DNA of 64,000 nucleotides, from positions 32,001 through 96,000 of the IMG/VR virus record IMGVR_UViG_3300031669_000002; one strand, given 5' to 3'. This DNA is from a virus. This document shows, one piece after another, positions 8,240-17,356 of the stretch. Within the stretch, counting starts at the first letter, position 1; each line of letters opens with the position of its first letter. Both the position numbers and the translations under genes were made by a program. The notes under the pieces are model-generated. The model was not told the DNA's origin. It saw only the letters and a list, made by a program, of their open reading frames with translations, and did no database searches.

Positions 8240-9346
8240 ATGAGTGTAGTATCTCAAAATCGTACCGTAACAACCACTGAAGCCCGTCGCGCACTTTTGC
8301 GCTGCTTCAAAGCCAAACGTCCATTGTTCCTTTGGGGTCCGATGGGAATTGGTAAGTCCGAACTGGTTGCAGACATTGCAACGGAAATGGGCGGAATCAC
8401 AATCGATCTGCGTATGGCGACGATGGAGCCAACTGATTTGCGCGGTATTCCTTACTTCAACAAAGACCTGGGCACAATGTCCTGGGCTCCTCCAGTCGAG
8501 CTGCCAAGTGCAGAACTCGCCGCAAAACATCCGATCATCGTGCTGTTCCTGGACGAAATGAACTCGGCGGCCCCTGCTGTTCAGGCTGCGGCTTATCAGC
8601 TGGTTCTGAATCGTCGAGTTGGTACTTACCAACTGCCAGACAACGTCGTGTTGGTTGCTGCTGGTAACCGCGAAACTGACAAGGGCGTGACTTATCGTAT
8701 GCCGGCGCCGTTGGCAAATCGTTTCGTTCACTTGGAGTTGCGTGTTGACTTTGATTGCTGGCAGACTTGGGCTGTTGAAAATCGTATCCACCAGGATGTG
8801 GTTGGTTTCATCAGCTTTGCGAAACAGTCGTTGTTTGACTTTGATCCAAAGAGCCCCAGCCGTTCGTTCGCTACTCCGCGTTCGTGGACTTTCGTTTCGG
8901 AATTGCTGCAAGACGAATCTGAAAGTGACAGCATCCTGACTGATTTGGTCAGCGGCTCCGTTGGTGAAGGTCTGGCGATGAAGTTTATGGCTCACCGCAA
9001 GTTTGCAAGTCAGCTGCCTAACCCAACTGATATTTTGTCGGGCAAAGTGAAAGAGCTGAAGATCAAAGAAGTTTCGGCCATGTACTCGCTGATCACTTCG
9101 ATGTGCTATGAACTGAAAGACGCACACGAAAAGCTGGCCGGCAGCAAGGACAAAGAAAGCTGGCATGCGATGGCGGATAACTTCTTCCGTTTCGCGATGG
9201 ACAACTTCGGCACTGAAATCGTTGTTATGGGTGCGCGTGTGGCGTTGACTACTTATCAACTGCCGTTTATCCCAAACAAGCTGAAGAGCTTTAACGAGTT
9301 CCACCAGCGTTTTGGTAAGTTGATCCTGGCAAGTTCGCAGGCCTAA
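8240..9346 (+). CDS. MoxR-like AAA+ ATPase
   Basis: Walker A GPMGIGKS, Walker B LFLDEMN, AAGNRETDKG, arginine finger LANRF, TPRSW; AAGGAG RBS. Confidence 0.9.
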   Translation: MSVVSQNRTVTTTEARRALLRCFKAKRPLFLWGPMGIGKSELVADIATEMGGITIDLRMATMEPTDLRGIPYFNKDLGTMSWAPPVELPSAELAAKHPIIVLFLDEMNSAAPAVQAAAYQLVLNRRVGTYQLPDNVVLVAAGNRETDKGVTYRMPAPLANRFVHLELRVDFDCWQTWAVENRIHQDVVGFISFAKQSLFDFDPKSPSRSFATPRSWTFVSELLQDESESDSILTDLVSGSVGEGLAMKFMAHRKFASQLPNPTDILSGKVKELKIKEVSAMYSLITSMCYELKDAHEKLAGSKDKESWHAMADNFFRFAMDNFGTEIVVMGARVALTTYQLPFIPNKLKSFNEFHQRFGKLILASSQA

Positions 9347-9350
9347 AACA

Positions 9351-9373
9351 AAAGGGGCTTCGGCCCCGTTTTT
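9351..9373 (+). terminator. intrinsic terminator
   Basis: ggggc-TTCG-gcccc followed by gttttt. Confidence 0.85.
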
Positions 9374-9387
9374 CATTTGAGCAAATC

Positions 9388-9735
9388 ATGAGAGATACAA
9401 TTCAATTTTTGCAGTGGCTTTCACGAAAAATATTTAGTGGCATCTTCAAACGTCGCAGGTTTGTAAGCAGATCTTTTGCTTGGGCTGTTGAGTGCATGGA
9501 AGATGATTTGTCAGACTCGCTGTTTGGCTGGTTATTTTTCGGAGCCATCGCGATACTGCTAAGTTTGGCAATTAGTCTTGTTTTTAGCAGATTCTATGGT
9601 CCACACGTTGTCGCATTTCTTTATGCTGGTGTCGGAATTGTTGTTACCAGTTTTATGATCACTGTCACAACAGTGCTATATCGCAAGTTCAAGGAAGAAC
9701 AGAAAAAACTGATGGATGTCTTAAAAAGGCAATGA
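9388..9735 (+). CDS. membrane protein (2 predicted TM segments)
   Basis: Two hydrophobic segments and a basic C-terminus. Confidence 0.65.
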   Translation: MRDTIQFLQWLSRKIFSGIFKRRRFVSRSFAWAVECMEDDLSDSLFGWLFFGAIAILLSLAISLVFSRFYGPHVVAFLYAGVGIVVTSFMITVTTVLYRKFKEEQKKLMDVLKRQ

Positions 9736-9995
9736 AATATACGGCAATTAGCAAGAAAGTTGCCCGAGATAAGAAAAATCGCGAAATGGCAGCTCAATCA
9801 TATCTTTCGTTAGTGTGGGTAACAAAAGAGAAAGAATCGATTGAATTGGGCAAAATGACTCGTTCTCATGTGCAAAACACTCTGAATTGGTGCATACGAA
9901 AGAATGCACCACCAGATATGACTAAAGACGGAATATTGTACTCACAGTGGATAAGTCACCTATTAGTTCGCCTTCTTGATCCAGATCTCGAATAA
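9732..9995 (+). CDS. hypothetical protein
   Basis: ATGA overlap; 87 aa. Confidence 0.6.
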   Translation: MKYTAISKKVARDKKNREMAAQSYLSLVWVTKEKESIELGKMTRSHVQNTLNWCIRKNAPPDMTKDGILYSQWISHLLVRLLDPDLE

Positions 9996-10035
9996 GAATC
10001 AACTACTTACCTCAACAAATGAGCTTAAAATCTGC

Positions 10036-10063
10036 TTGACTTTCGGCCAAAAGACTGTATAAT
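10036..10063 (+). promoter_or_regulatory. sigma70-like early promoter
   Basis: TTGACT-ttcggccaaaagactg-TATAAT (16-nt spacer). Confidence 0.8.
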
Positions 10064-10093
10064 AGTATCATAAATCGTAAATAGGCACACAAA

Positions 10094-11329
10094 ATGTCAG
10101 AGATTACTGCAACCCCCAAAAAAGTTGTCACAGTATTCAATCAAAAGGCAGACAATGCCGCAGTAGAGAAGCTCGTAACTGCTCGTATTGGTCTCTTGCT
10201 CAAAGCTCCGTTCTTCGGTAATTTGGCAACTCGTCTTACGTTGAAAAACGCAGACGATTGGCTCGAAACAGCAGCAACAGATGGCCGAACATTCTACTAC
10301 AATTCCGCATTCGTCAACAAGCTCTCAATCAAAGAAACAGAATTTCTGGTTGGCCACGAAACACTGCACGTGGTATATGACCATATGGGGCGTCGAAACG
10401 GTCGAAATCCAAAGTTATGGAATGTCGCCGCTGACTATTGCGTAAATCAAGATCTGATTGATCAAGTAGTTGGTGAGCGTATCACCACAGTCGAAATTCT
10501 TGTTGACTCCAAATACAAAGGAATGTCAGCAGAAGAAGTTTACGAGCTCTTGGAAAAGAACATGCCCAAAATGAGCTTGGATGATTTGTTGAAGAAAGTT
10601 CTTGACGATCATATGGACTCGACTCCTGGGGAGGGTGAAGCGACCAGCGGTCGCCCAACGCTGACTGAAGAAGAGAAGAAACAGATTCGTGACGAAGTGC
10701 GTGAAGCAATTTTGTCAGCAGCACAAACCGTTAGCTCAGAGAATTTACCGGGCAACGTGAAGCGCATGATCAAAGATATCACTGAGCCGCAAATGAACTG
10801 GCGTGAAATACTGCATCAGCGTTTCAAGAGCACAGTGAAGTCAGACTTTACATGGATGCGTCCGTCGCGTAAATCGTGGCACCTGGATGCAATTTTGCCG
10901 GGACAGAACACAGGAGATCGCATTGAGGTTGCAATCAGCATTGACTCCTCGGGTTCGATGCAGCCAAAAATGTTGCAAGACTTTTTGGGCGAAGTGCGCG
11001 GCATTATGGAAGAATTTGATGATTTCAAAATCCACTTGTGGTGCATTGACACAGAAGTTTACAATTTCCAAACGTTTACTCCGGACAATGCGTTCGAGCT
11101 GGAAAGCTACGAAATCATGGGTAACGGCGGTAATGCGTTCGAAGAAAACTGGCGCTTCATGCGTGAAATAGATCTGAACCCAGAACTGTTCATCATGTTC
11201 ACTGACGGATATCCGTGCCCGCATTGGTGTATGCCCGGTGACGAAGAATACTGCACGACTATGTTCTTGTTGCACAGCACCAAGACAATCGTTGCTCCGT
11301 TTGGCGAAACCATTTACTACACAGAATGA
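10094..11329 (+). CDS. DUF2201-like metallopeptidase (HExxH) plus VWA-domain protein, copy 1
   Basis: TAATDGRTFYYN, GHETLHVVYDH, WNVAADYCVN, MIDAS IDSSGSM, FTDGY. Confidence 0.85.
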   Translation: MSEITATPKKVVTVFNQKADNAAVEKLVTARIGLLLKAPFFGNLATRLTLKNADDWLETAATDGRTFYYNSAFVNKLSIKETEFLVGHETLHVVYDHMGRRNGRNPKLWNVAADYCVNQDLIDQVVGERITTVEILVDSKYKGMSAEEVYELLEKNMPKMSLDDLLKKVLDDHMDSTPGEGEATSGRPTLTEEEKKQIRDEVREAILSAAQTVSSENLPGNVKRMIKDITEPQMNWREILHQRFKSTVKSDFTWMRPSRKSWHLDAILPGQNTGDRIEVAISIDSSGSMQPKMLQDFLGEVRGIMEEFDDFKIHLWCIDTEVYNFQTFTPDNAFELESYEIMGNGGNAFEENWRFMREIDLNPELFIMFTDGYPCPHWCMPGDEEYCTTMFLLHSTKTIVAPFGETIYYTE

Positions 11330-11640
11330 TCGAGGAGTCAGTTCGTTTTCCGTATGGCGTAGAAGATACGCCAGAATGGATTTATGATTGGGTTGCCGCA
11401 CAGCCCTGGAACCATGCTCTTACTAAAGAAGATACTGAAATGCAGAAACAAATATCTCGGAGCAATGAAGGTTGGAAGAGGCAATATAAACAAGAGTTTA
11501 TTAAATTGGCAGTAGTCAAGCATAACGTGCAAGTCTTTGTTTTAATAGGAGAAAACATGTTTATTGATGTTCCAGTAAACGAAGAGACCACTATATTTCT
11601 TCTTAAAAACCAACAACTTACATCAACAAAAAGACCTTGA
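11326..11640 (+). CDS. hypothetical protein
   Basis: ATGA overlap; lies between the two VWA paralogs. Confidence 0.6.
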   Translation: MIEESVRFPYGVEDTPEWIYDWVAAQPWNHALTKEDTEMQKQISRSNEGWKRQYKQEFIKLAVVKHNVQVFVLIGENMFIDVPVNEETTIFLLKNQQLTSTKRP

Positions 11641-11665
11641 CATAAACAGATATTGATAGTATAAT
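11637..11665 (+). promoter_or_regulatory. sigma70-like early promoter
   Basis: TTGACA-taaacagatattgatag-TATAAT (17-nt spacer). Confidence 0.75.
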
Positions 11666-11709
11666 AGTTGTATGAATGGAGAACTAACATAATGAAGAAG
11701 GGAATTTTT

Positions 11710-12981
11710 ATGGCATCAACTGACGTAACCACAATAGACAAAAAGAAAGTTGTCACTGTAACCAACCCCGCAGTTGATAATGCTGCGATTGAAAAAATGG
11801 TCACAGCTCGTATTGGTCTCTTGCTCAAAGCTCCGTTCTTCGGAAACTTAGCAACTCGACTGAAGCTCGTTAATGCTGACGAATGGCTTAGCACTGCGGC
11901 AACGGATGGCCGTAATTTCTATTACAACTCTGAGTTCGTGAATAAACTTTCAATCAAGCAGACAGAATTCTTGTTTGGTCACGAAACACTGCACGTGGTC
12001 TACGATCACATGGGGCGGCGCGGCGACCGCGATCCTCAGCTTTGGAACATTGCTGACGACTATTGCGTAAACCAAGATCTTATCGATCAGCGCATCGGCG
12101 AAAAGATCACCGTTGTTGAAATTCTGTACGATCCAAAGTACAAAGGGATGTCTGCAGAAGAAGTTTACGACCTGCTTTACAAGAATGCGTCGAAGATCAA
12201 CATCAATGATTTGATGAAACGTGTTCTTGACGAGCACCTGGATGGTGATGGCGACGACGGCGAAGGAGAGGATGGTGAAGGCGAGGATGGCAAGCCGGGC
12301 AGTGGTCGTCCAAAGTTGTCTGCAGAAGAGAAGAAACAGATTCGAGACGAAATCAAAGAAGCTGTGATGAGTGCTGCCCAGGCAGTGGGCGCCGGCAATT
12401 TGCCATCAGGCGTGAAGCGCATGTTGAAAGACATGACAGAGCCAAAGATGAACTGGCGCGAATTACTTCAACAGCAAATTGAAAGCACCATCAAAGCTGA
12501 CTACACCTGGATGCGTCCTTCGCGTAAGTCATGGCACCTGGATGCGATTCTGCCAGGTCAGAACAATGCACAAATGATTGACATTTGTATTAGTGTTGAC
12601 TTGTCAGGCTCCATTAGCCAAAAGCAGTGCAAGGACTTCTTCAGTGAAATCCACGGCATTATGCAGATGTATTCAGATGCGTTCAAGATCCATGTTTGGA
12701 CTTTTGATACTGAAGTTTACAATCCTGCCATTTTCACACAGGACAACTTGGACGATATTAAAGAATACGAACCACAAGGCGGAGGCGGCACCACGTTCGA
12801 GGCAAACTGGGAGTTCATGAAAGAGAACGACATTGAGCCTAAAAAGTTCATCATGTTTACTGACGGATATCCTGGTGGCTCGTGGGGTGATCCAGATTAC
12901 TGCGACACCTTATTTGTTGTGCATGGCTCGACCACTATCGAAGCACCGTTCGGAGTTACTACTTACTACACGGAGAACTAA
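11710..12981 (+). CDS. DUF2201-like metallopeptidase (HExxH) plus VWA-domain protein, copy 2
   Basis: TAATDGRNFYYN, GHETLHVVYDH, VDLSGSI, GGGGTTFE, FTDGY; clear paralog of 10094..11329; start set by alignment to copy 1. Confidence 0.85.
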   Translation: MASTDVTTIDKKKVVTVTNPAVDNAAIEKMVTARIGLLLKAPFFGNLATRLKLVNADEWLSTAATDGRNFYYNSEFVNKLSIKQTEFLFGHETLHVVYDHMGRRGDRDPQLWNIADDYCVNQDLIDQRIGEKITVVEILYDPKYKGMSAEEVYDLLYKNASKININDLMKRVLDEHLDGDGDDGEGEDGEGEDGKPGSGRPKLSAEEKKQIRDEIKEAVMSAAQAVGAGNLPSGVKRMLKDMTEPKMNWRELLQQQIESTIKADYTWMRPSRKSWHLDAILPGQNNAQMIDICISVDLSGSISQKQCKDFFSEIHGIMQMYSDAFKIHVWTFDTEVYNPAIFTQDNLDDIKEYEPQGGGGTTFEANWEFMKENDIEPKKFIMFTDGYPGGSWGDPDYCDTLFVVHGSTTIEAPFGVTTYYTEN

Positions 12982-12982
12982 G

Positions 12983-13174
12983 ATGAAAAACTTTTTTAGC
13001 GAAAAGCAATTTACCACGTTTGATTGGCTGGCACTCTATTTCATATGTCGTGCCGCTGAAATTCATTCGGGCTGGTGGGTATTGCTTGTTATTCCGCAAA
13101 TATTTATTTCGGTAATATTGGCAAACTACTTCATTGAGCGGAGCTGTAAAAAGGCTAAAGAGACAAATGAGTAA
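12983..13174 (+). CDS. small membrane protein
   Basis: MKNFFSEKQFTTFDWLALYF...WWVLLVIPQIFISVILANYF; ATG 1 nt after the upstream stop. Confidence 0.55.
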   Translation: MKNFFSEKQFTTFDWLALYFICRAAEIHSGWWVLLVIPQIFISVILANYFIERSCKKAKETNE

Positions 13175-13454
13175 AAGAGATAATAACATGACACCGGATA
13201 AAGAAAAAGTTTGGAATGCGTTAACGCTACCAGAAGGGATGATTAGATTCTCAGCCGATGACGGTGATCATATGCCTGTCAGCACTTTTCTTGAATACGT
13301 GTTAAGCGGTGGATTTATCGACGATGACGGTTTTGGCGAATGGGCAACAGAGACACACTATCTTCCCGGCAAATGGATTCATCCATCGGATATGATGAAT
13401 AATCGTAAGCCAATTCCGTCATGGGCCACGCATGTTATGTGGTACAATAAATGA
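13167..13454 (+). CDS. hypothetical protein
   Basis: GGFIDDDGFGEW..THVMWYNK pattern; overlaps its neighbours. Confidence 0.65.
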   Translation: MSKRDNNMTPDKEKVWNALTLPEGMIRFSADDGDHMPVSTFLEYVLSGGFIDDDGFGEWATETHYLPGKWIHPSDMMNNRKPIPSWATHVMWYNK

Positions 13455-13648
13455 GAGACTTTGAGGGCAACCGCGTAGCACAGGAATATATAACAGCCCC
13501 GTGCGGTAACACGGCTGAGTTCGACGAAGGTTCTGGCTATGCGTATCGGTGCATGAGTTGCGGGGCAGTTGTTGGTAGTATTGGAATGCCAGAAGAGTGT
13601 GCTGACATCGTTAAGCGCAACGAAATGTGGAAGATTCTCAAATCATGA
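13451..13648 (+). CDS. small Cys-rich (zinc-ribbon-like) protein
   Basis: APCG...YRCMSCGAVVGSIGMPEEC; ATGA overlaps on both sides. Confidence 0.65.
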   Translation: MRDFEGNRVAQEYITAPCGNTAEFDEGSGYAYRCMSCGAVVGSIGMPEECADIVKRNEMWKILKS

Positions 13649-13863
13649 AACAACCAAAGAAAATCATCTCAGAAGAAATGCTCTCCAATATGGAGATGCT
13701 TGCTGTCACGAATCCAGTTATGCGGGATATGCTCGAGCAGGCGAAGGTTATCTATACTCTAAATGGTTCGCCGAAATTCTATGATGGAGATGATGACGAT
13801 GACGGCGAAAGAATTGTTGAAGCTATGTATCGCGAAATTCTTGAAGAAGCTAATGGCTCTTAA
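13645..13863 (+). CDS. hypothetical protein
   Basis: ATGA overlap; in frame with track ORF 13627..13863. Confidence 0.55.
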   Translation: MKQPKKIISEEMLSNMEMLAVTNPVMRDMLEQAKVIYTLNGSPKFYDGDDDDDGERIVEAMYREILEEANGS

Positions 13864-14119
13864 AAACTACGATCCTAATCCATTAGAGATTTTCAATATG
13901 CGACGGATGGATTTCTGTCCAAAGCATTTTCAAAGCATTACATTTACTCTTCAGTGTGACGAACGTAATATATTAGACTGGATGTATGAGAATACAGAAG
14001 GTCGCTTCTTTCTTGGACGCGATTCAGACGGCAGCACAGTTCTCGCGTTCGAAACTCACAACGAATGCACCTACTTTGCACTCTTTCTCGATCAAATAAA
14101 TAAACCTCCCTATATCTAG
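13853..14119 (+). CDS. hypothetical protein
   Basis: MALKNYDPNPLEIFNMRRMDFCPKHF..; in frame with track ORF 13763..14119. Confidence 0.6.
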   Translation: MALKNYDPNPLEIFNMRRMDFCPKHFQSITFTLQCDERNILDWMYENTEGRFFLGRDSDGSTVLAFETHNECTYFALFLDQINKPPYI

Positions 14120-14189
14120 TTAAGAAAATTTTCAGCTGGTCCGTAATTGTGTTAAATAGTTATATGCACATTTTACTACGGAGAAAAAC

Positions 14190-14495
14190 ATGGCTGAAAC
14201 AATTTCAACAACTACAGAAGTAGAAACACCAGAAATAACAACAACAGAAGCAGCAGAGCAAACAACCACTGCTGATTCAACAGAAACCGGTTTAACTATT
14301 CAAGATCTTACTCTTACATTGCAAGTCGTCAACTTGGCAGCAAGTCGCGGCGCATTTAAGGGCGAAGAAATGACCGCAGTCGGCGGACTTCATGATCGTA
14401 TTTTTAAGTTCTTGGAATCTGTTGGCGCCATTACACGAACACCGCCAGAGAACACAGCAGACTCAAAGCCAGAAGTTACGGACGCCGTAGCATAA
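14190..14495 (+). CDS. conserved hypothetical phage protein
   Basis: GGAG RBS; TTAAATA at 14153; LTIQDL...AASRGAFKGEEM..VG.L.DRI..FL core. Confidence 0.75.
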   Translation: MAETISTTTEVETPEITTTEAAEQTTTADSTETGLTIQDLTLTLQVVNLAASRGAFKGEEMTAVGGLHDRIFKFLESVGAITRTPPENTADSKPEVTDAVA

Positions 14496-14508
14496 AAGGA
14501 GAACTTAG

Positions 14509-15201
14509 ATGATTAAACACATTGGAAAACACAACGACAAAAAAGTAGTATTGCTTTACAGAAAAGTTCCGGGAGAGGATCACATGTGTTTGCTCGTCTA
14601 CAGTGATTTGCTGCCAAGACTCGTTCACGATGAGATCATGAAATCTCTTGAGAGTGCTCCAGGACAACAAGCAGATAACTTTGCAGAAGCACTTTTCAGA
14701 GTATCAATGGCTGATGGACGAAATGCTCTTGAAGTTCTTCACCGTGAAGGAATGATGAAGAAGGTTCCTACATCACAGGTTATTATGGCTCCAACGGCTA
14801 ATGCTAAAATTCGTTTAGATGAGCTAAATGACTTGCTTGCTGAAATGGCAACAGGTGAAGAAGCAGTTAAGCGTATGGCAGAGTTAGATAAGGCAGCTGG
14901 TCTTCAAACTAAGAAACCAAAAGAAACACGAAATGTTGGCGAACCAGTTAAGCCTCAGATGCCAGAAGTTCCTAAACTACAGGCCGGACCAAATGATGCG
15001 CTGTCAGATGAAGCAATTGCAGCATCTCAGTTGGCTCAAGCAACAAGAATGAGAGTTGAGGCTAAGTCTATGTTAGCAGAGGCAGAGCGCCTTGAAGGCG
15101 AAGCAAAGAAAATTTCTCCTACGGCAGTTACAGCACCAGTTAAACGAGGACCAGGTCGTCCTCCTAAGGCTAAGAATGACGTTGCCCAAAAAACCTCGTA
15201 A
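14509..15201 (+). CDS. conserved hypothetical protein with C-terminal AT-hook-like motif
   Basis: AAGGAG RBS; C-terminal KRGPGRPPK. Confidence 0.75.
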   Translation: MIKHIGKHNDKKVVLLYRKVPGEDHMCLLVYSDLLPRLVHDEIMKSLESAPGQQADNFAEALFRVSMADGRNALEVLHREGMMKKVPTSQVIMAPTANAKIRLDELNDLLAEMATGEEAVKRMAELDKAAGLQTKKPKETRNVGEPVKPQMPEVPKLQAGPNDALSDEAIAASQLAQATRMRVEAKSMLAEAERLEGEAKKISPTAVTAPVKRGPGRPPKAKNDVAQKTS

Positions 15202-15514
15202 GAGTAAAAGCAAAAAAATCAATGTGAATGCAAGGCAAAAATGGGAACAAATACTAAAGTCGGTAACTAAAGAAGAAGTTCCGGTTGAGCTGTTAGAGTC
15301 ACTTACTGTGAATCTAATAGATGGCACAAATGTTCAGGTTGACATAAAAGATTTGCTTGACAGTGGCAGAGATCCTCGAGATATTGAAGATCATATTAAT
15401 CAGCGTCTAACTGAGTTAAATGATATGATCGTCGATGTCGACTTCTTTATTTCTATTGACAAGGTATCAGAGGTTGTTCTTCCAATGACAAACAAAATAT
15501 TGAAAAATATTTAA
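15176..15514 (+). CDS. hypothetical protein
   Basis: ATG 15176, in frame with track ORF 15092..15514. Confidence 0.65.
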   Translation: MTLPKKPRKSKSKKINVNARQKWEQILKSVTKEEVPVELLESLTVNLIDGTNVQVDIKDLLDSGRDPRDIEDHINQRLTELNDMIVDVDFFISIDKVSEVVLPMTNKILKNI

Positions 15515-15518
15515 TCGT

Positions 15519-15788
15519 GTGATGTCGAGAATTATTTTAGCTACCATTGAGATAGACTCGACATCAAGCAACGATATCTATTCCGGAGAACTTACCCAAG
15601 CATCTATCTTGCAGGAATACAGTATTCTCTCTTCTGATATAACATCTAAGAAAAAGAAATGGTTAGCTGAGAATAATATATCAGTTAAAACAATAGAGCA
15701 AATTAACTATTCTATATTCAAGAAAACCATTAAGTTTTATGTTGAGCTTGACGAACTTCAAGCAACAGATTACTATTTGCGTTTCTAA
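15519..15788 (+). CDS. hypothetical protein
   Basis: 89-aa ORF ending ATDYYLRF. Confidence 0.55.
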   Translation: MMSRIILATIEIDSTSSNDIYSGELTQASILQEYSILSSDITSKKKKWLAENNISVKTIEQINYSIFKKTIKFYVELDELQATDYYLRF

Positions 15789-15826
15789 ATCTCCCCAAAC
15801 ACTAATTTTCATCACATAAACTACGC

Positions 15827-15851
15827 ATAAATACTCCTTTAGGGAGTATTT
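15827..15851 (+). promoter_or_regulatory. late promoter embedded in an RBS-sequestering hairpin
   Basis: ATAAATA at 15827-15833; aaatactcct-tta-gggagtattt stem covers the AGGGAG RBS of ORF 15856. Confidence 0.7.
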
Positions 15852-15855
15852 TAAC

Positions 15856-16611
15856 ATGAAATTACGCACTATTTTTATCACGCTGGCCTTAGTATGCCTT
15901 TCACCTTTTGCGCTTGCCAATGGCATCGATGATAACTGCAAACAGCTTACCTATAAGACTGCACCGGTTGTTTCGTCCGATTTGTATATTTGCCACAAAG
16001 AATATGCTGTTGCGTATTCGTTCAAGGCTAAGAATCCGATTTATACAACTGAATTCTTAACAGAGAACCATATCGGCAAAGCTAAACGAACAAACGATTT
16101 TAGGGTTGATCCTGCTGTTCCAAAACAATATCAATCAAAGCCAAAAGATTACGTTAAGTCAATCTGCAACGGCGGAAGATGCGATAAGGGCCATATGACT
16201 CCAGATCAGGATTTTAGTGTCACTCACGAAACAACATCTGAGTCATTCTTTATGAGCAATATGGTTCCACAAAACTTTAAGAACAACGAAGTGATTTGGA
16301 AAGCAATGGAAGTTATGATTCGCAAATATGTTGCTACTCATCCTGAAGGTGTCTACGTGATATCTGGACCAGTGTATAAGTCTGCAACACCAGCAACTAT
16401 CGGAGCAGATAAAGTTTGGGTTCCTGATTGGTTATTTAAGGTTGTGATAGATGCTAAGACTGGAAAGTCGATTGCATTTTATATGCCAAACAAGCCAGAA
16501 TCAAATCTATCTCAGTTTGTGGTTAGCTTGGCTACCGTAGAAGCAGCAAGCGGAATTAAGTTTGATACAAGCTTAGATAAAAATACTGTTGGAACTTTTT
16601 CTGATTGGTGA
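15856..16611 (+). CDS. secreted DNA/RNA non-specific endonuclease (NucA/EndA-like His-Me fold)
   Basis: Signal peptide (..SPFALA); RTNDFRVDP; DKGHMTP (DRGH motif); SESFFMSNMVPQ; N...WKAME. Confidence 0.9.
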   Translation: MKLRTIFITLALVCLSPFALANGIDDNCKQLTYKTAPVVSSDLYICHKEYAVAYSFKAKNPIYTTEFLTENHIGKAKRTNDFRVDPAVPKQYQSKPKDYVKSICNGGRCDKGHMTPDQDFSVTHETTSESFFMSNMVPQNFKNNEVIWKAMEVMIRKYVATHPEGVYVISGPVYKSATPATIGADKVWVPDWLFKVVIDAKTGKSIAFYMPNKPESNLSQFVVSLATVEAASGIKFDTSLDKNTVGTFSDW

Positions 16612-16667
16612 TTTTTAATTTCTCTGATCTTGCTAAATATATCTTTAGTGAATATAGCCGTGTTTAT

Positions 16668-17354
16668 CTATGAGATTAGAATCGAGGACGCAACCGACTC
16701 ATAGGCACTTCCAGACCAAACGAATGATGTTATTCCTGTTGCTGACGAAGAAGTAAGTGCCTTAGTAGCTACTGCTAGTGATTTATATGTGCCAGCACCT
16801 ACGCTTGATACTGTAGTATCTAACTTTAAAGTCAGTCCATTATTCACAGTGCATGTTGCTCCTGCAGTTGCTGTAAATTCATTACTCCAGCATATCAATA
16901 ATGAACTTCCTGTATACGGAGTTAATGATGGTGCATTTGCAGTTTGACTAACAGCATCTCCTCCATTGGCTACTTGTGGGATTCCGTTAGGATTCGCGCC
17001 GCGCACTAAAATCATTGTTGCCATACCGCCGGCATATGACGAATTACTTATTGCTGTAGTAAAACTAACGGTGGTAGTACCGGTCTCGCTGCCAGTCGCC
17101 ACCATTTTGTACATTGAACCAAAACGGGAGACGCCGCCAAATAATGTCCATCCGCTAGGGGGAGTCAGAGTAGTAAAGCTTGTTTGTTGTATGCTTAGGA
17201 GGATTATTAATGTATCTCCCGTCAAAATACCTGTAGGATAATTTATTGTTACGGACGTAGCATTACCAAGAAATGTAGTAGCCGTAGACGCTGATATAAA
17301 TGTTGGGGAATACTTTAAAGTTGCGGCTGTTAAAACTCCAAAAGGTATGTTCAT
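16668..17354 (-). CDS. putative tail-fibre-associated / receptor-binding protein
   Basis: Thr/Ser/Gly-rich beta-type sequence; likely start MNIPFGVLTAA 2 nt after the upstream stop. Confidence 0.6.
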   Translation of the reverse strand: MNIPFGVLTAATLKYSPTFISASTATTFLGNATSVTINYPTGILTGDTLIILLSIQQTSFTTLTPPSGWTLFGGVSRFGSMYKMVATGSETGTTTVSFTTAISNSSYAGGMATMILVRGANPNGIPQVANGGDAVSQTANAPSLTPYTGSSLLICWSNEFTATAGATCTVNNGLTLKLDTTVSSVGAGTYKSLAVATKALTSSSATGITSFVWSGSAYESVASSILIS

Positions 17355-17356
17355 GA

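Noticed and set aside
8213-9376. 387-aa antisense ORF over the MoxR gene (likewise 7562..8047, 7611..8024, 10841..11401)
   Set aside because: Shadow ORFs from biased codon usage of the real + strand genes; no RBS, promoter or recognisable motifs.
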